Source: a virus. From it: a stretch of DNA of 29,459 nt. The notes under the pieces were generated by a model that was not told where the DNA came from, ran no database searches, and saw only the letters and a program-made list of their open reading frames with translations. Made by a program: the position numbers and the translations under genes. The stretch is from UHGV virus genome UHGV-0099905. One strand, given 5' to 3'. Each line of letters begins with the position of its first letter. Positions within the stretch are counted from its first letter, which is position 1. This document shows positions 1-8,031 of this stretch, piece after piece.

Positions 1-50
1 CCATCAGCAAAAGGGGATGATAAGTTTATCACCACCGACTATTTGCAACA

Positions 51-1004
51 GTGCCCAATAACCCATTAAGTCAATCCCTCTACACTGGGCGCACCGATGA
101 GTTTGGCCAAATAGAGTTTGCTTTACGAATGATGCAAGCTGAAACAGGCGCCATAGTAGGTCGCATAGGTGATGCATCAAATCGGCTTAGCGAACACACC
201 CGAGGCCTACTAAAGGATATTGAGTCAAGCAATGTACTTACAGTTGAGCAGCAGGCAGAGACAGATCAAATAGCAACGGCAGTAAACCAAATGGTGGCAA
301 GCATTCAAGAGGTTGCGAGCAATGCACAGCATGCTGCAGATGCGGCCGGAAGAGCAGACACTGAGACGGCATCTGGCCAGCGTCTGGTAGCCCACACAAG
401 CCAGTCAATCACTGCCCTTGAAGGTGAAATTAGGCAAGCCACTCAGGTTATTCATGAGCTTGAAGGTCAAAGTAACGAGATATCAAAAGTTCTTGACGTT
501 ATACGAGGGATCGCCGAGCAAACGAATTTGTTGGCACTCAACGCAGCAATTGAGGCCGCGCGTGCTGGTGAGCAGGGGCGTGGTTTTGCTGTTGTCGCCG
601 ATGAGGTTCGCAGTCTTGCTGCTCGCACACAGCAATCGACAACGGATATTCAAAGCATGATCAGCGCTCTACAAGAGCGAGCGCAATCCGCTGTTACAGT
701 CATGGAGCAAAGTAGTCGGCAAGCGCACACGAGTGTAGCTCACGCAGAGGAAGCAGCTACAGCTCTTGATGGAATTGGCCAACGCGTTAACGAAATTACC
801 GACATGAACGCGCAAATAGCGACTGCGGTCGAGCAGCAGGGAGCAGTAAGTGAAGACATAAACCGCAGTATTATCAATATACGCGATGCTGCTGATACCA
901 ATGTACAGACCGGGCAGAATAATTTGCAAAGTGCGAAATCTGTCGCTCAGTTAACTAGCGCTCTGAGCGAACTGGCAAAACAGTTTTGGGAAAAACGAGG
1001 ATAA
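51..1004 (+). CDS. Methyl-accepting chemotaxis protein, C-terminal signalling domain only (N-terminally truncated)
   Basis: Highly conserved MCP signalling motif [37 protein letters not shown]. Track start is GTG at 51; in-frame stops at 18-23 prevent upstream extension, so the periplasmic/TM part of a canonical MCP is absent. Confidence 0.75.
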   Translation: MPNNPLSQSLYTGRTDEFGQIEFALRMMQAETGAIVGRIGDASNRLSEHTRGLLKDIESSNVLTVEQQAETDQIATAVNQMVASIQEVASNAQHAADAAGRADTETASGQRLVAHTSQSITALEGEIRQATQVIHELEGQSNEISKVLDVIRGIAEQTNLLALNAAIEAARAGEQGRGFAVVADEVRSLAARTQQSTTDIQSMISALQERAQSAVTVMEQSSRQAHTSVAHAEEAATALDGIGQRVNEITDMNAQIATAVEQQGAVSEDINRSIINIRDAADTNVQTGQNNLQSAKSVAQLTSALSELAKQFWEKRG

Positions 1005-1024
1005 CGCTTTTCAGTATCTCGACA

Positions 1025-1058
1025 GGGATAACTTACTTTACCATCGGTTATCCCTTTT
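1025..1058 (+). terminator. Hairpin GGGATAAC-N14-GTTATCCC followed by TTTT, 21 nt after the MCP stop
   Basis: 8-bp perfect inverted repeat at 1025-1032 and 1047-1054, T-run at 1055-1058. The loop (ATAACTTACTTTACC, 1028-1042) resembles the recurring ACTTACTTA motif. Confidence 0.45.
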
Positions 1059-1372
1059 AGCCGCACAAATTTTAGCCATGGCTTTTCAGGAAGTCAGGGC
1101 TATCAGAATGGCCTTAGAAAGCCTAGTCAAAGAGCTGTCACGAGAACACCGTTAGCTTAGCGTACGATTTTTTCCGAATTCTGCGGTTCCCCCTATTCCG
1201 CGTTCTGCAATCACACTCGCTCAGTGTGTCCCATTTTGGTAACGAGGCTGGAAACTGACCTCGCTGGTGTTTGACTTCTTAGGCTACTGCCAGGTATGCA
1301 TCTTCGTTTGCAGTTATATTTAACGTTCAAACAGTCGCATCTCAACGAAAACAAAGTGATCTTATACATATT

Positions 1373-1396
1373 AGATAAGTAAGTAAATACTTATCT
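1373..1396. promoter_or_regulatory. Palindromic motif copy AGATAAGTA-agtaaa-TACTTATCT
   Basis: 9-bp perfect inverted repeat with 6-bp spacer; overlaps the stop codon of the 1391-1696 gene at the end of the ligase operon. Confidence 0.5.
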
Positions 1397-1696
1397 ATCT
1401 GTAATGCGTTTAGTTGCTATTTTTTTGATCAGGCTCCCCTTTTGTTCCGGAGTTCTCGTGATGATGGCGGTAAAACGCTTCGCTTGAATAGTGATAGTTT
1501 CGTTTTCCTTGAGTTCGCCGTAATGCGTCTCTAACAGGGACCCCAGACGCCACAGACCGTCGTCTATGCGTTTATGGCTGGCGAATCTGATCAGCAGTAG
1601 CTTTACGATTAACTGACCAACGTAAAAGGCAAATCCGAAGCCGGCCGCAACAAGGTAGGTTGCCAGCCACCAGTCGAAGGAAGTCAAATTGCTCAT
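1391..1696 (-). CDS. Small membrane protein (101 aa, one N-terminal TM helix), last gene of the ligase operon
   Basis: ORF in track; hydrophobic segment WWLATYLVAAGFGFAFYVGQLIVKLLLI; its ATG overlaps the stop of the upstream 50-aa ORF (ATGA). Confidence 0.5.
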   Translation of the reverse strand: MSNLTSFDWWLATYLVAAGFGFAFYVGQLIVKLLLIRFASHKRIDDGLWRLGSLLETHYGELKENETITIQAKRFTAIITRTPEQKGSLIKKIATKRITDR

Positions 1697-1845
1697 TTTC
1701 GCACTCCCGTCTCGTGAACAACCCGATACACACGCTTACCGACACGAAGTGTTTTGGTTTTCAGTTCCTGCTGGACCAGGGCGCGGCAGATTGCGAGGCC
1801 GAGGCCCACGCCACCAGTAAAAGATAAAATGATGTATGGAATCAT
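1693..1845 (-). CDS. Unlisted 50-aa ORF, predicted single-pass membrane peptide (MIPYIILSFTGGVGLGLAICRALV...)
   Basis: Hand translation of the reverse complement of 1693-1845; ATG overlaps the stop of the upstream gene (TGATG) and its stop overlaps the downstream ATG (ATGA). Below the track size cut-off. Confidence 0.4.
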   Translation of the reverse strand: MIPYIILSFTGGVGLGLAICRALVQQELKTKTLRVGKRVYRVVHETGVRK

Positions 1846-2057
1846 CAGTGCGCCCCCGCCTCAGTCAATTGCTGCAACAACAAATAACCTTTTTCAGTCA
1901 GTTGATAGTTCTCAATACATCCCTTTGGAGAAACGTTGGCGACAAGATTCATGCGCTCCAGTTTGGCTCTGGTCTTCGGCTTCCAGTTGGCGTAGAACTC
2001 CTTCCACTTGCTAATTTCACGCAGGGTTTCCTTCTCTCGTTTACTTAACATGATCAT
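1845..2057 (-). CDS. Small soluble protein (70 aa), possible winged-helix-like DNA binder
   Basis: ORF in track; basic, with the segment YQLTEKGYLLLQQL reminiscent of wHTH wings; start lies inside the 3' end of the upstream 59-aa ORF. Confidence 0.4.
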   Translation of the reverse strand: MIMLSKREKETLREISKWKEFYANWKPKTRAKLERMNLVANVSPKGCIENYQLTEKGYLLLQQLTEAGAH

Positions 2058-2220
2058 CCTTAATCTCCTTCAGTGTGTCCGTGATATCTACTATGCGATA
2101 AATACGACCTCGCCTTTGCATGACACCGGCTTTTACGTAATCGTGGATACAGCTGGACATAACCAGACTTCCGATAACAATGCCGACGACTAAAAATACA
2201 AACATCCAGCCGAGCATCAT
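2041..2220 (-). CDS. Unlisted 59-aa ORF, predicted single-pass membrane peptide (MMLGWMFVFLVVGIVIGSLVM...)
   Basis: Hand translation; ATG overlaps the ligase stop codon (ATGA-type coupling); N-terminal hydrophobic helix. Confidence 0.4.
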   Translation of the reverse strand: MMLGWMFVFLVVGIVIGSLVMSSCIHDYVKAGVMQRRGRIYRIVDITDTLKEIKDDHVK

Positions 2221-3539
2221 TCTTTATCTCCAATACGATCTTCGGTATCTCGAAGACATTTAGGCCACTTCAGACGTGGATGACGCAAGCTACCATCTGG
2301 CGTTTTCTCATGGCAGTGAACCTCAACGATGCGTCCACGATACTTCTCCTGATTGTTCCAGATTTCATCCAGGTATTTATGCTTGATACCGCTGGCACGA
2401 ACGATGACGCCGTTCTCCAGACGAATCACTATCTTGCCTAGCGTATGCGCAAAGCCAGAGTCCGGATCGCCAGGCTCGAAGTCGATGACTTCACCGTCTT
2501 CTGAATCCTCGTCTTTCAGCTTCCACCAGCTGCGGGTACGTTTGAACTCGTAAACTGAATCCGGATCTTTGCCCATCTCTCCCTCTTCATTCTCGTCCAG
2601 TCGCTTCATGAAACGTTCGATGAAATCTTCGTGGCTATGGATGATGTAGAACGGATGAAGGTGGATATCTTGCGCATAATCTTCCACGCAAGTGTTGCGG
2701 AACAACGCCACCAGCATAGCCAGGCGCTCTTTCAGCTTCATACCGGTCTTCAGGTACTCTTTGCTTTTTGCTTGAGCACGCCACTCCGGTAAGAAGAAAT
2801 CGAAAATGTGGTAAACGGCACCAATGGCTTTCACGTTCTTCTTACGAAGCGCCGACACTGACTGGTTGAATGTACCTGCAGTGCCCTCTCCATCGAAGAA
2901 GATGTGATTGAAGCCGGAGAGTCTGCCCCGCTCCAGCATGGCTGGTTTAAGGTGATCGAGTGACGTAATCGGATTGCCGGTGCGCGTCAGGAAATTGACC
3001 TCACCCTCGTCCACGATGACTTCGCAGATAACCCGGAGACCATCGAGTTTGAGACTGCCGATCATTGGCCACTTGGCCTTTGGATTTGGTTTAAATGGGT
3101 ATTTGTCGCCTTTCTCCTTGTACGGAGACGCCAGCTGTACCTCAAACTTCGGAATTGGGTTTTTGAACACCTTGTTGCACAGGCTGATGCCGACACCGGC
3201 TTTCGGATCTTTCAGCAGGAAGCGACGAAACACGTCCTGCCCGTCAGCGCACATCGAGGCAACGAGTGATTCGACAGCAGCAATAGCGATGTTCCCGGTC
3301 AGTTCGCGCGCTGCCAGCTTCTCCAGCAGATCTACTACCTTCTGGTCGCTGGGTACGGAAGTATCGAGTGGCTCGGCCACTTTGTACTTCTTCACACCGA
3401 ATCGAATGAATGGATTGAGCATTAGCGAGACCATGCTCTGTTCAAATTCATCCAGATTGGCCAGCGCCTCTTTCTTGGCGTTGGTTCCCATCGTTTTAAT
3501 AGCATCCAGCTTGTGCTTTAGGGCGATCAGTTTTTCCAT
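2217..3539 (-). CDS. ATP-dependent DNA ligase, phage T7 ligase-like, with N-terminal extension
   Basis: Nucleotidyltransferase motif I KLDGLR, motif V-like RSWWKLK, and C-terminal ETPDGSLRHPR closely resembling the T7 ligase C-terminus (TPDGSLRHP) as recalled. Confidence 0.85.
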   Translation of the reverse strand: MEKLIALKHKLDAIKTMGTNAKKEALANLDEFEQSMVSLMLNPFIRFGVKKYKVAEPLDTSVPSDQKVVDLLEKLAARELTGNIAIAAVESLVASMCADGQDVFRRFLLKDPKAGVGISLCNKVFKNPIPKFEVQLASPYKEKGDKYPFKPNPKAKWPMIGSLKLDGLRVICEVIVDEGEVNFLTRTGNPITSLDHLKPAMLERGRLSGFNHIFFDGEGTAGTFNQSVSALRKKNVKAIGAVYHIFDFFLPEWRAQAKSKEYLKTGMKLKERLAMLVALFRNTCVEDYAQDIHLHPFYIIHSHEDFIERFMKRLDENEEGEMGKDPDSVYEFKRTRSWWKLKDEDSEDGEVIDFEPGDPDSGFAHTLGKIVIRLENGVIVRASGIKHKYLDEIWNNQEKYRGRIVEVHCHEKTPDGSLRHPRLKWPKCLRDTEDRIGDKE

Positions 3540-3573
3540 TAGTGTTTAACCTCCATCGGTCGCTCGGGAGTTT

Positions 3574-4049
3574 TCATGTGTTTTCTTTGGTTGCTTCTTC
3601 AATGAGTGCCGCGTACACGTCAGTGATCGACGCCAGTGAATCGGTGGGCTTGGTTTCGGATTTAGCAGGTTCTGTTTTCTTCGTGCGATGAATAAGACTG
3701 TCAATTGTCGCGGAGTTTCGCTTCCGGGGGGCGTTCTGGCATGGTCGTTTTGCTCTTCCACTTCTTTGATAAGTGAAGACATATCGATGAAGTAGAGCTG
3801 TTCGCCTTTGCGGATCTCTTCGACCATCATTTTCAGTGCCTGACATTTACCAGCAGCAATAGCCGCAGCACAGGACTGGAACGATGTAGCCGGGAGACGT
3901 TTTTCTTTATAGGCGAGGATCGTGTGTTGGCAGACTGTATAGCTGCAATGAGCCTCATGGCCGTTGAGCTTCACTTCCGGGCAGCGCAGCGAATAACCGT
4001 TGTTTCCGGAGATAGACGGGATTTTCGACAAATCTGTTCTTGTGGACAT
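3574..4049 (-). pseudogene. First gene of the ligase operon, split by a frameshift at a G6/C6 homopolymer (3726-3731)
   Basis: Track ORFs 3546-4049 and 3574-3846 are the same strand in different frames; the plausible N-terminal part (frame A) and C-terminal part (frame B, ...KPTDSLASITDVYAALIEEATKENT) join at the C6 run; each frame is low-complexity junk beyond the junction. Confidence 0.5.
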
Positions 4050-4067
4050 GCTTCTAACCGTAATCTT

Positions 4068-4083
4068 GTACTTACTTATTAAT
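4068..4083. promoter_or_regulatory. Motif copy GTACTTACTTATTAAT upstream of the ligase operon
   Basis: Gene-oriented sequence AATAAGTAAGTAC lies 18-40 nt upstream of the ATG at 4049. Confidence 0.45.
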
Positions 4084-4096
4084 CGCAGTTTAAAGA

Positions 4097-4112
4097 AGCC
4101 CCACGAGGGGCT
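4097..4112 (-). terminator. GC hairpin (AGCCCC-acga-GGGGCT) followed by a U-rich tract on the minus strand, after the 4130-4942 gene
   Basis: Inverted repeat seen directly; on the minus strand it is followed by TCTTTAA. Confidence 0.4.
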
Positions 4113-4129
4113 AAATGTTTTATCGAGGC

Positions 4130-4942
4130 TTACCAGGTCGCCCAGCCAGTCATTTTGTCCTGAGCAGCTTCGAACCGGTATGGGTCCAGTAAATCGTTGG
4201 CATGGTGGACGGCGTAGGATTTGGCTTCTTGTTTAATCATGGGTAATTCGTTGGCCAGACGAGCCACTTGCCCTGCAAAACTGGCGAGTACTCCGTCACA
4301 TGCCTGACCCGCGTCGACAATGATGCGCACCAGGTCTAAGTCGCTGCGGCACATATCGCAGATAATGCCGTATTCCACCTCACGAATGCGCTCAACGGCT
4401 TTTTTGATATCGCCACTGACCACCAATTCCAGCAAACCAGGTGGAGTTGTCAGATCTGTTACGCGCTCGGTAACTTCAGACTGTTCGACAATACTCAGGA
4501 ACGCCGCGATGGACGGGTCATCCGCCACACCAGCTCTGACTTTGAGCGTGCGAAGAGTTGCGTCGACAATATCCTCAAACCGTTCACCTTCATCGCACAC
4601 AGTCTGATTGGTGTAGACAGTCTGATTAGTGTAGACAATGCGACCGTCGTACCATGCACCGGTACTCACTTCGACCGTTGCGTCTTTCATCTCGCGAGAG
4701 AACGCCACAAGTGCCGCGCGTTTCTGCTTAACACCTGGCAACTCCGGGGACTCTCCAAAACGAACCCAGACCTGCATGTATTTCGAGCCTTCCGAAAGAG
4801 GTGCGGCGCTCACGGACGTGGCGATATGCTCCAGCGCAGTTTGGATCGCCTCGTCGATAATCTTCTGGCGCTCTTCTGTATCAATTTCTACGCCGGATTT
4901 GTCGATGATGTCGCAGACTAACTTCTGAAATTCTTCTTTCAT
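4130..4942 (-). CDS. Hypothetical acidic protein (270 aa), monocistronic with own motif-bearing promoter and terminator
   Basis: ORF in track; AGGAG SD 6 nt before ATG; no recognisable domain by eye. Confidence 0.6.
   Translation of the reverse strand: MKEEFQKLVCDIIDKSGVEIDTEERQKIIDEAIQTALEHIATSVSAAPLSEGSKYMQVWVRFGESPELPGVKQKRAALVAFSREMKDATVEVSTGAWYDGRIVYTNQTVYTNQTVCDEGERFEDIVDATLRTLKVRAGVADDPSIAAFLSIVEQSEVTERVTDLTTPPGLLELVVSGDIKKAVERIREVEYGIICDMCRSDLDLVRIIVDAGQACDGVLASFAGQVARLANELPMIKQEAKSYAVHHANDLLDPYRFEAAQDKMTGWATW
4601..4636. repeat. 18-bp tandem direct duplication, one mismatch, in-frame
   Basis: agtctgattggtgtagac / agtctgattagtgtagac; encodes duplicated hexapeptide in ...RIVYTNQTVYTNQTV... 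of the 4130-4942 protein. Confidence 0.9.
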
Positions 4943-4982
4943 AGCAACTCCTGACTAACAGATGAAAGTATTCTTTCAGAAA

Positions 4983-5004
4983 AATAAGTAAGTATCTACT
5001 TATT
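4983..5004. promoter_or_regulatory. Palindromic motif copy AATAAGTA-agtatc-TACTTATT
   Basis: 8-bp perfect inverted repeat, 6-bp spacer, 40-60 nt upstream of the ATG at 4942; a TATAAT hexamer abuts it in gene orientation. Confidence 0.55.
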
Positions 5005-5110
5005 ATATCGGGCGCAATAGTCTGCTATACGAAGAAGCCAGGCGTAAAAACCACTCGGATGCACATCCAGCACCCGACAAAGCAGTCGGACAGGCCAGCA
5101 ATGGGTGTTG

Positions 5111-5413
5111 TCACGGATAAAGGCGTACCTCAGTCGGACAGCTTTGCGAAGTACGCCGCGCTTTTTTTAATATGTCCCGTTCGTCGGTAACCCGCTTCAG
5201 CTCTTTCTGGAGACGGCGGATCTCGGCCTGAGCATCTGACTGTTCTTTATTAGTGGAAGAATCCGGACCGTACTTCTTTATCCAGGCATAAAGGCTGTGG
5301 GTGGTGATATCGAGACGTGTTGCAACGCTGGCAACAGAATAACCGCGATCAACAACCTGTTTGACTGCTTCAATTTTAAACTCTTCGGGATAACGCTTAC
5401 CGCTCATGGGCAC
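5111..5413 (-). CDS. IS3-family OrfA (transposase N-terminal HTH protein), probably truncated at the C-terminus
   Basis: Sequence pattern typical of IS3-family OrfA; ORF in track. Confidence 0.75.
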   Translation of the reverse strand: MPMSGKRYPEEFKIEAVKQVVDRGYSVASVATRLDITTHSLYAWIKKYGPDSSTNKEQSDAQAEIRRLQKELKRVTDERDILKKARRTSQSCPTEVRLYP

Positions 5414-5470
5414 CTCTCTTTAAGTCATCTTAAATGACTCTGAGGTGTCTATTAAACCTGTGGCGATTCA
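5111..5470 (-). mobile_element. IS3-family remnant: terminal inverted repeat plus orfA only; orfB deleted
   Basis: orfA-like product with HTH (MSGKRYPEEFKIEAVKQVVDRGYSVASVATRL...) and leucine-zipper-like tail; putative IR end TGAATCGCCACAGG (reverse complement of 5457-5470); no transposase orfB downstream; the C-terminus of orfA diverges after ...ILKKA. Confidence 0.65.
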
Positions 5471-5576
5471 ATACACTAAATCAATAAGTTGGTAGCATTA
5501 CCGATGAATTTGACAATTTAAACTAAAAAAATAAACTACGAAATAATTTTAATGTTATGTTTCCATAAACATGGTA

Positions 5577-6600
5577 GACTAGCCCATGAATCTCCAGACA
5601 GTTGGTTACAGCGCCTGCTGGGCAAAAAAACCATGGAAAACGAGCTGCTGAAAGAAGCCGTTGAATATGGCCGACAAAAAAAGTGGATAGCGCACGTGCC
5701 CTTGTTGCCGGAGGATGGTGAATAAGCCTTGTCAGTCGTTGCCTCCGGGTCTCACGTGCGCAACTGCATGCCATGGCCCGTCGGTCGAAGGGCTGGCAGG
5801 ATCGTCGGTGCAAGCGCAAGCCTGATGATACTGAAGCGCTGGCTCGTATCCATACCGTTATCGACGATCTGCCCACCTATGGTTATCGTCGTGTATGGGT
5901 ACTGCTGCGCAGACAATCAGAAACTGACGACATGGCGGTGATCAATGCCAAACGCGTATACCGCATCATGCGTCAGAATGCGCTGCTGCTTGAGCGTAAA
6001 CCGGCAATACCGCCCTCGAAGCGGGCGCATAGAGGGAAAGTGGCCGTTGGAGAAAGTAACCAGCGGTGGTGCTCCGACGGCTTCGAGTTCAGCTGTGATA
6101 ACGGTGAAAAACTGCGGATCACGTTCGCGCTGGACTGTTGCGATCGCGAGGCACTTCACTGGGCAGCAAGTACCGGTGGATATGACAGTGAAACCGTGCA
6201 GGACGTCATGCTGGGTGCAGTAGAGCGTCGCTTCGGTAACAGGCTGCCGACATCCCCCGTTGAGTGGCTGACAGACAACGGTTCAGCCTACCGTTCTCAT
6301 CAGACGCGTCAGTTCGCCAGAATGGTAGGACTGGAGCCAAAACATACGGCGGTACGTAGTCCAGAAAGCAACGGAATGGCGGAGAGCTTCGTGAAAACGA
6401 TGAAGCGCGACTACATCAGTATCATGCCAAAACCTGACGGGTTAACAGCGGCAAAGAACCTTGCGGAGGCCTTCGAACATTACAACGAATGGCATCCGCA
6501 CAGTGCACTGGGATATCGTTCTCCACGGGAATATCTGCGGCGGCGAACCAGTAATGGGTTAAGCGATAAAAAGTGTCTGGAAATATAGGGGCCAATCCAC
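5577..6600 (+). mobile_element. IS2-like element with internal deletion removing most of orfA (about 1.0 kb versus about 1.3 kb for intact IS2)
   Basis: Left end TAGACTAGCCCATGAATCTCCAGACA matches the IS2 left inverted repeat as recalled; it is joined directly to the last roughly 35 codons of InsC ([38 protein letters not shown]), followed by complete orfB; right end near GGGGCCAATCCA. Confidence 0.75.
5773..6588 (+). CDS. IS2 InsD-like transposase catalytic subunit (orfB)
   Basis: Very close match to IS2 InsD as recalled ([10 protein letters not shown]..., DNGS.YRS, rve integrase-core motifs). Confidence 0.85.
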   Translation: MARRSKGWQDRRCKRKPDDTEALARIHTVIDDLPTYGYRRVWVLLRRQSETDDMAVINAKRVYRIMRQNALLLERKPAIPPSKRAHRGKVAVGESNQRWCSDGFEFSCDNGEKLRITFALDCCDREALHWAASTGGYDSETVQDVMLGAVERRFGNRLPTSPVEWLTDNGSAYRSHQTRQFARMVGLEPKHTAVRSPESNGMAESFVKTMKRDYISIMPKPDGLTAAKNLAEAFEHYNEWHPHSALGYRSPREYLRRRTSNGLSDKKCLEI

Positions 6601-6729
6601 ATGGAAATGTTTTTGATTAAAATAAAAAATATTCTTTTATATTGCCCTATCATTTTTATTTTTAGTAATTTATTAGCAAGAGATTGCGATCTCTTTTTTA
6701 GTTAAAGCAAATTAGTTAAGGATTAGTCT

Positions 6730-7278
6730 ATGAAACGTTCAGTTATTGCGGCTACTGTATTAGCATCTCTTTTTATGAGCGCAGGATCATTTGCAGCAGA
6801 AGGGAGTACAGAGGGTCAGTTAACTATTAACGGTAAAGTCACAGAGACTACATGTCAGTTCCTGAGCGGTAGTGAGAATACAACAATTTCGATGAGCGAA
6901 ATTGGTCGTGATCAATTTGAAAATGTAGAAGTTGGCTCCCCCGTTACTACTTATTCAAATACAACATCTTTACCACTAAAAGTTAAGTGTACCGGAGGAA
7001 AAGAACCAAGAATTACCTTCTCCAGCACCCAATTTGAAGGAACGGATTCAAATATTATTCGCAATACTGGTGATGCTAGCGGTGTCGGTTTCGCTGTTTT
7101 TTTGGGGAAAGGTACTGATTCTAGCAACCGGATTTCTGGTAATAGACCTATTAAGTTAACACCAACTACTAATGGTGAACATGAGTTACATTTTACGGCA
7201 CAATACGCAAAAACAGCTGTTGATGTGGGTACTGGCGAAGTTAGTTCTGCGATAACAATGACCGTTGTAACAGATTAA
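6730..7278 (+). CDS. Fimbrial major subunit (chaperone-usher pathway)
   Basis: Signal peptide MKRSVIAATVLASLFMSAGSFA, about 180 aa, first in operon before chaperone and usher; AGGA SD upstream. Confidence 0.7.
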   Translation: MKRSVIAATVLASLFMSAGSFAAEGSTEGQLTINGKVTETTCQFLSGSENTTISMSEIGRDQFENVEVGSPVTTYSNTTSLPLKVKCTGGKEPRITFSSTQFEGTDSNIIRNTGDASGVGFAVFLGKGTDSSNRISGNRPIKLTPTTNGEHELHFTAQYAKTAVDVGTGEVSSAITMTVVTD

Positions 7279-7333
7279 CATGATGTTTATCGGCGGCTTC
7301 GGTCGCCGATTTTCAATCGCAAGGATTGTTATC

Positions 7334-8014
7334 ATGAAAAAATTAATAGCCTTCTTACTAACCGTAACGGTCCCATCTGCGTGGGGCGGTGTCTATATTT
7401 ACGGCACTCGCGTTATTTATCCGGAACAGAAAAAAGAGATTGCAGTTCAGTTAATGAATGAAGGTGAGCGTAGTGCTCTTGTTCAGTCGTGGATTGATGA
7501 TGGCGATGCCAGCCTTCCTCCGGAAAAGATTAGTGTACCTTTTGTGCTGACTCCACCGGTAGTTCATGTTAGTAAGGGTGAAGGACAGCAACTGAAAATT
7601 AAACAACTGGCGAACACTCTACCTAAAGATCGCGAAAGTCTGTTCTTCCTTAATGTACTGGATATTCCACCTAATAGTGAGAAATACGAAGGCAAGAATC
7701 TGATTAAATTCGCGATGCAAAATCGTATCAAATTTATTTATCGCCCAAAGGGTATAACAAGAGTCGATAAAGAGAGTTTTTCCCGGATTAATATCAGACC
7801 CGTTGATAGAGGCATTAACATAAAAAATAATTCAGCGAACTGGATAACCATTCCTGAATTAACCGGGAATGCGAAAATTAATAAGGAGACACTACTGCTG
7901 GCACCCTGGTCAGATCAGACTGTCAAAACGACATCCGTTGTTAACTATTACAATGTTACTCTGATTGATGATCATGGAAACTATTTGAGTGAAAAAATAA
8001 AAACTGCCAAATAG
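7334..8014 (+). CDS. Periplasmic fimbrial chaperone (PapD-like)
   Basis: Classic chaperone N-terminal pattern GVYIYGTRVIYPE...; start moved to ATG at 7334 (MKKLIAFLL signal peptide) behind AAGGA, rather than the track start at 7280. Confidence 0.85.
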   Translation: MKKLIAFLLTVTVPSAWGGVYIYGTRVIYPEQKKEIAVQLMNEGERSALVQSWIDDGDASLPPEKISVPFVLTPPVVHVSKGEGQQLKIKQLANTLPKDRESLFFLNVLDIPPNSEKYEGKNLIKFAMQNRIKFIYRPKGITRVDKESFSRINIRPVDRGINIKNNSANWITIPELTGNAKINKETLLLAPWSDQTVKTTSVVNYYNVTLIDDHGNYLSEKIKTAK

Positions 8015-8031
8015 ATTATCAGGGATTGGTT

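Noticed and set aside
1078-1155. 25-codon plus-strand ORF (MAFQEVRAIRMALESLVKELSREHR) after the MCP terminator
   Set aside because: No SD and no further support; kept only as part of the non-coding-gap observation.
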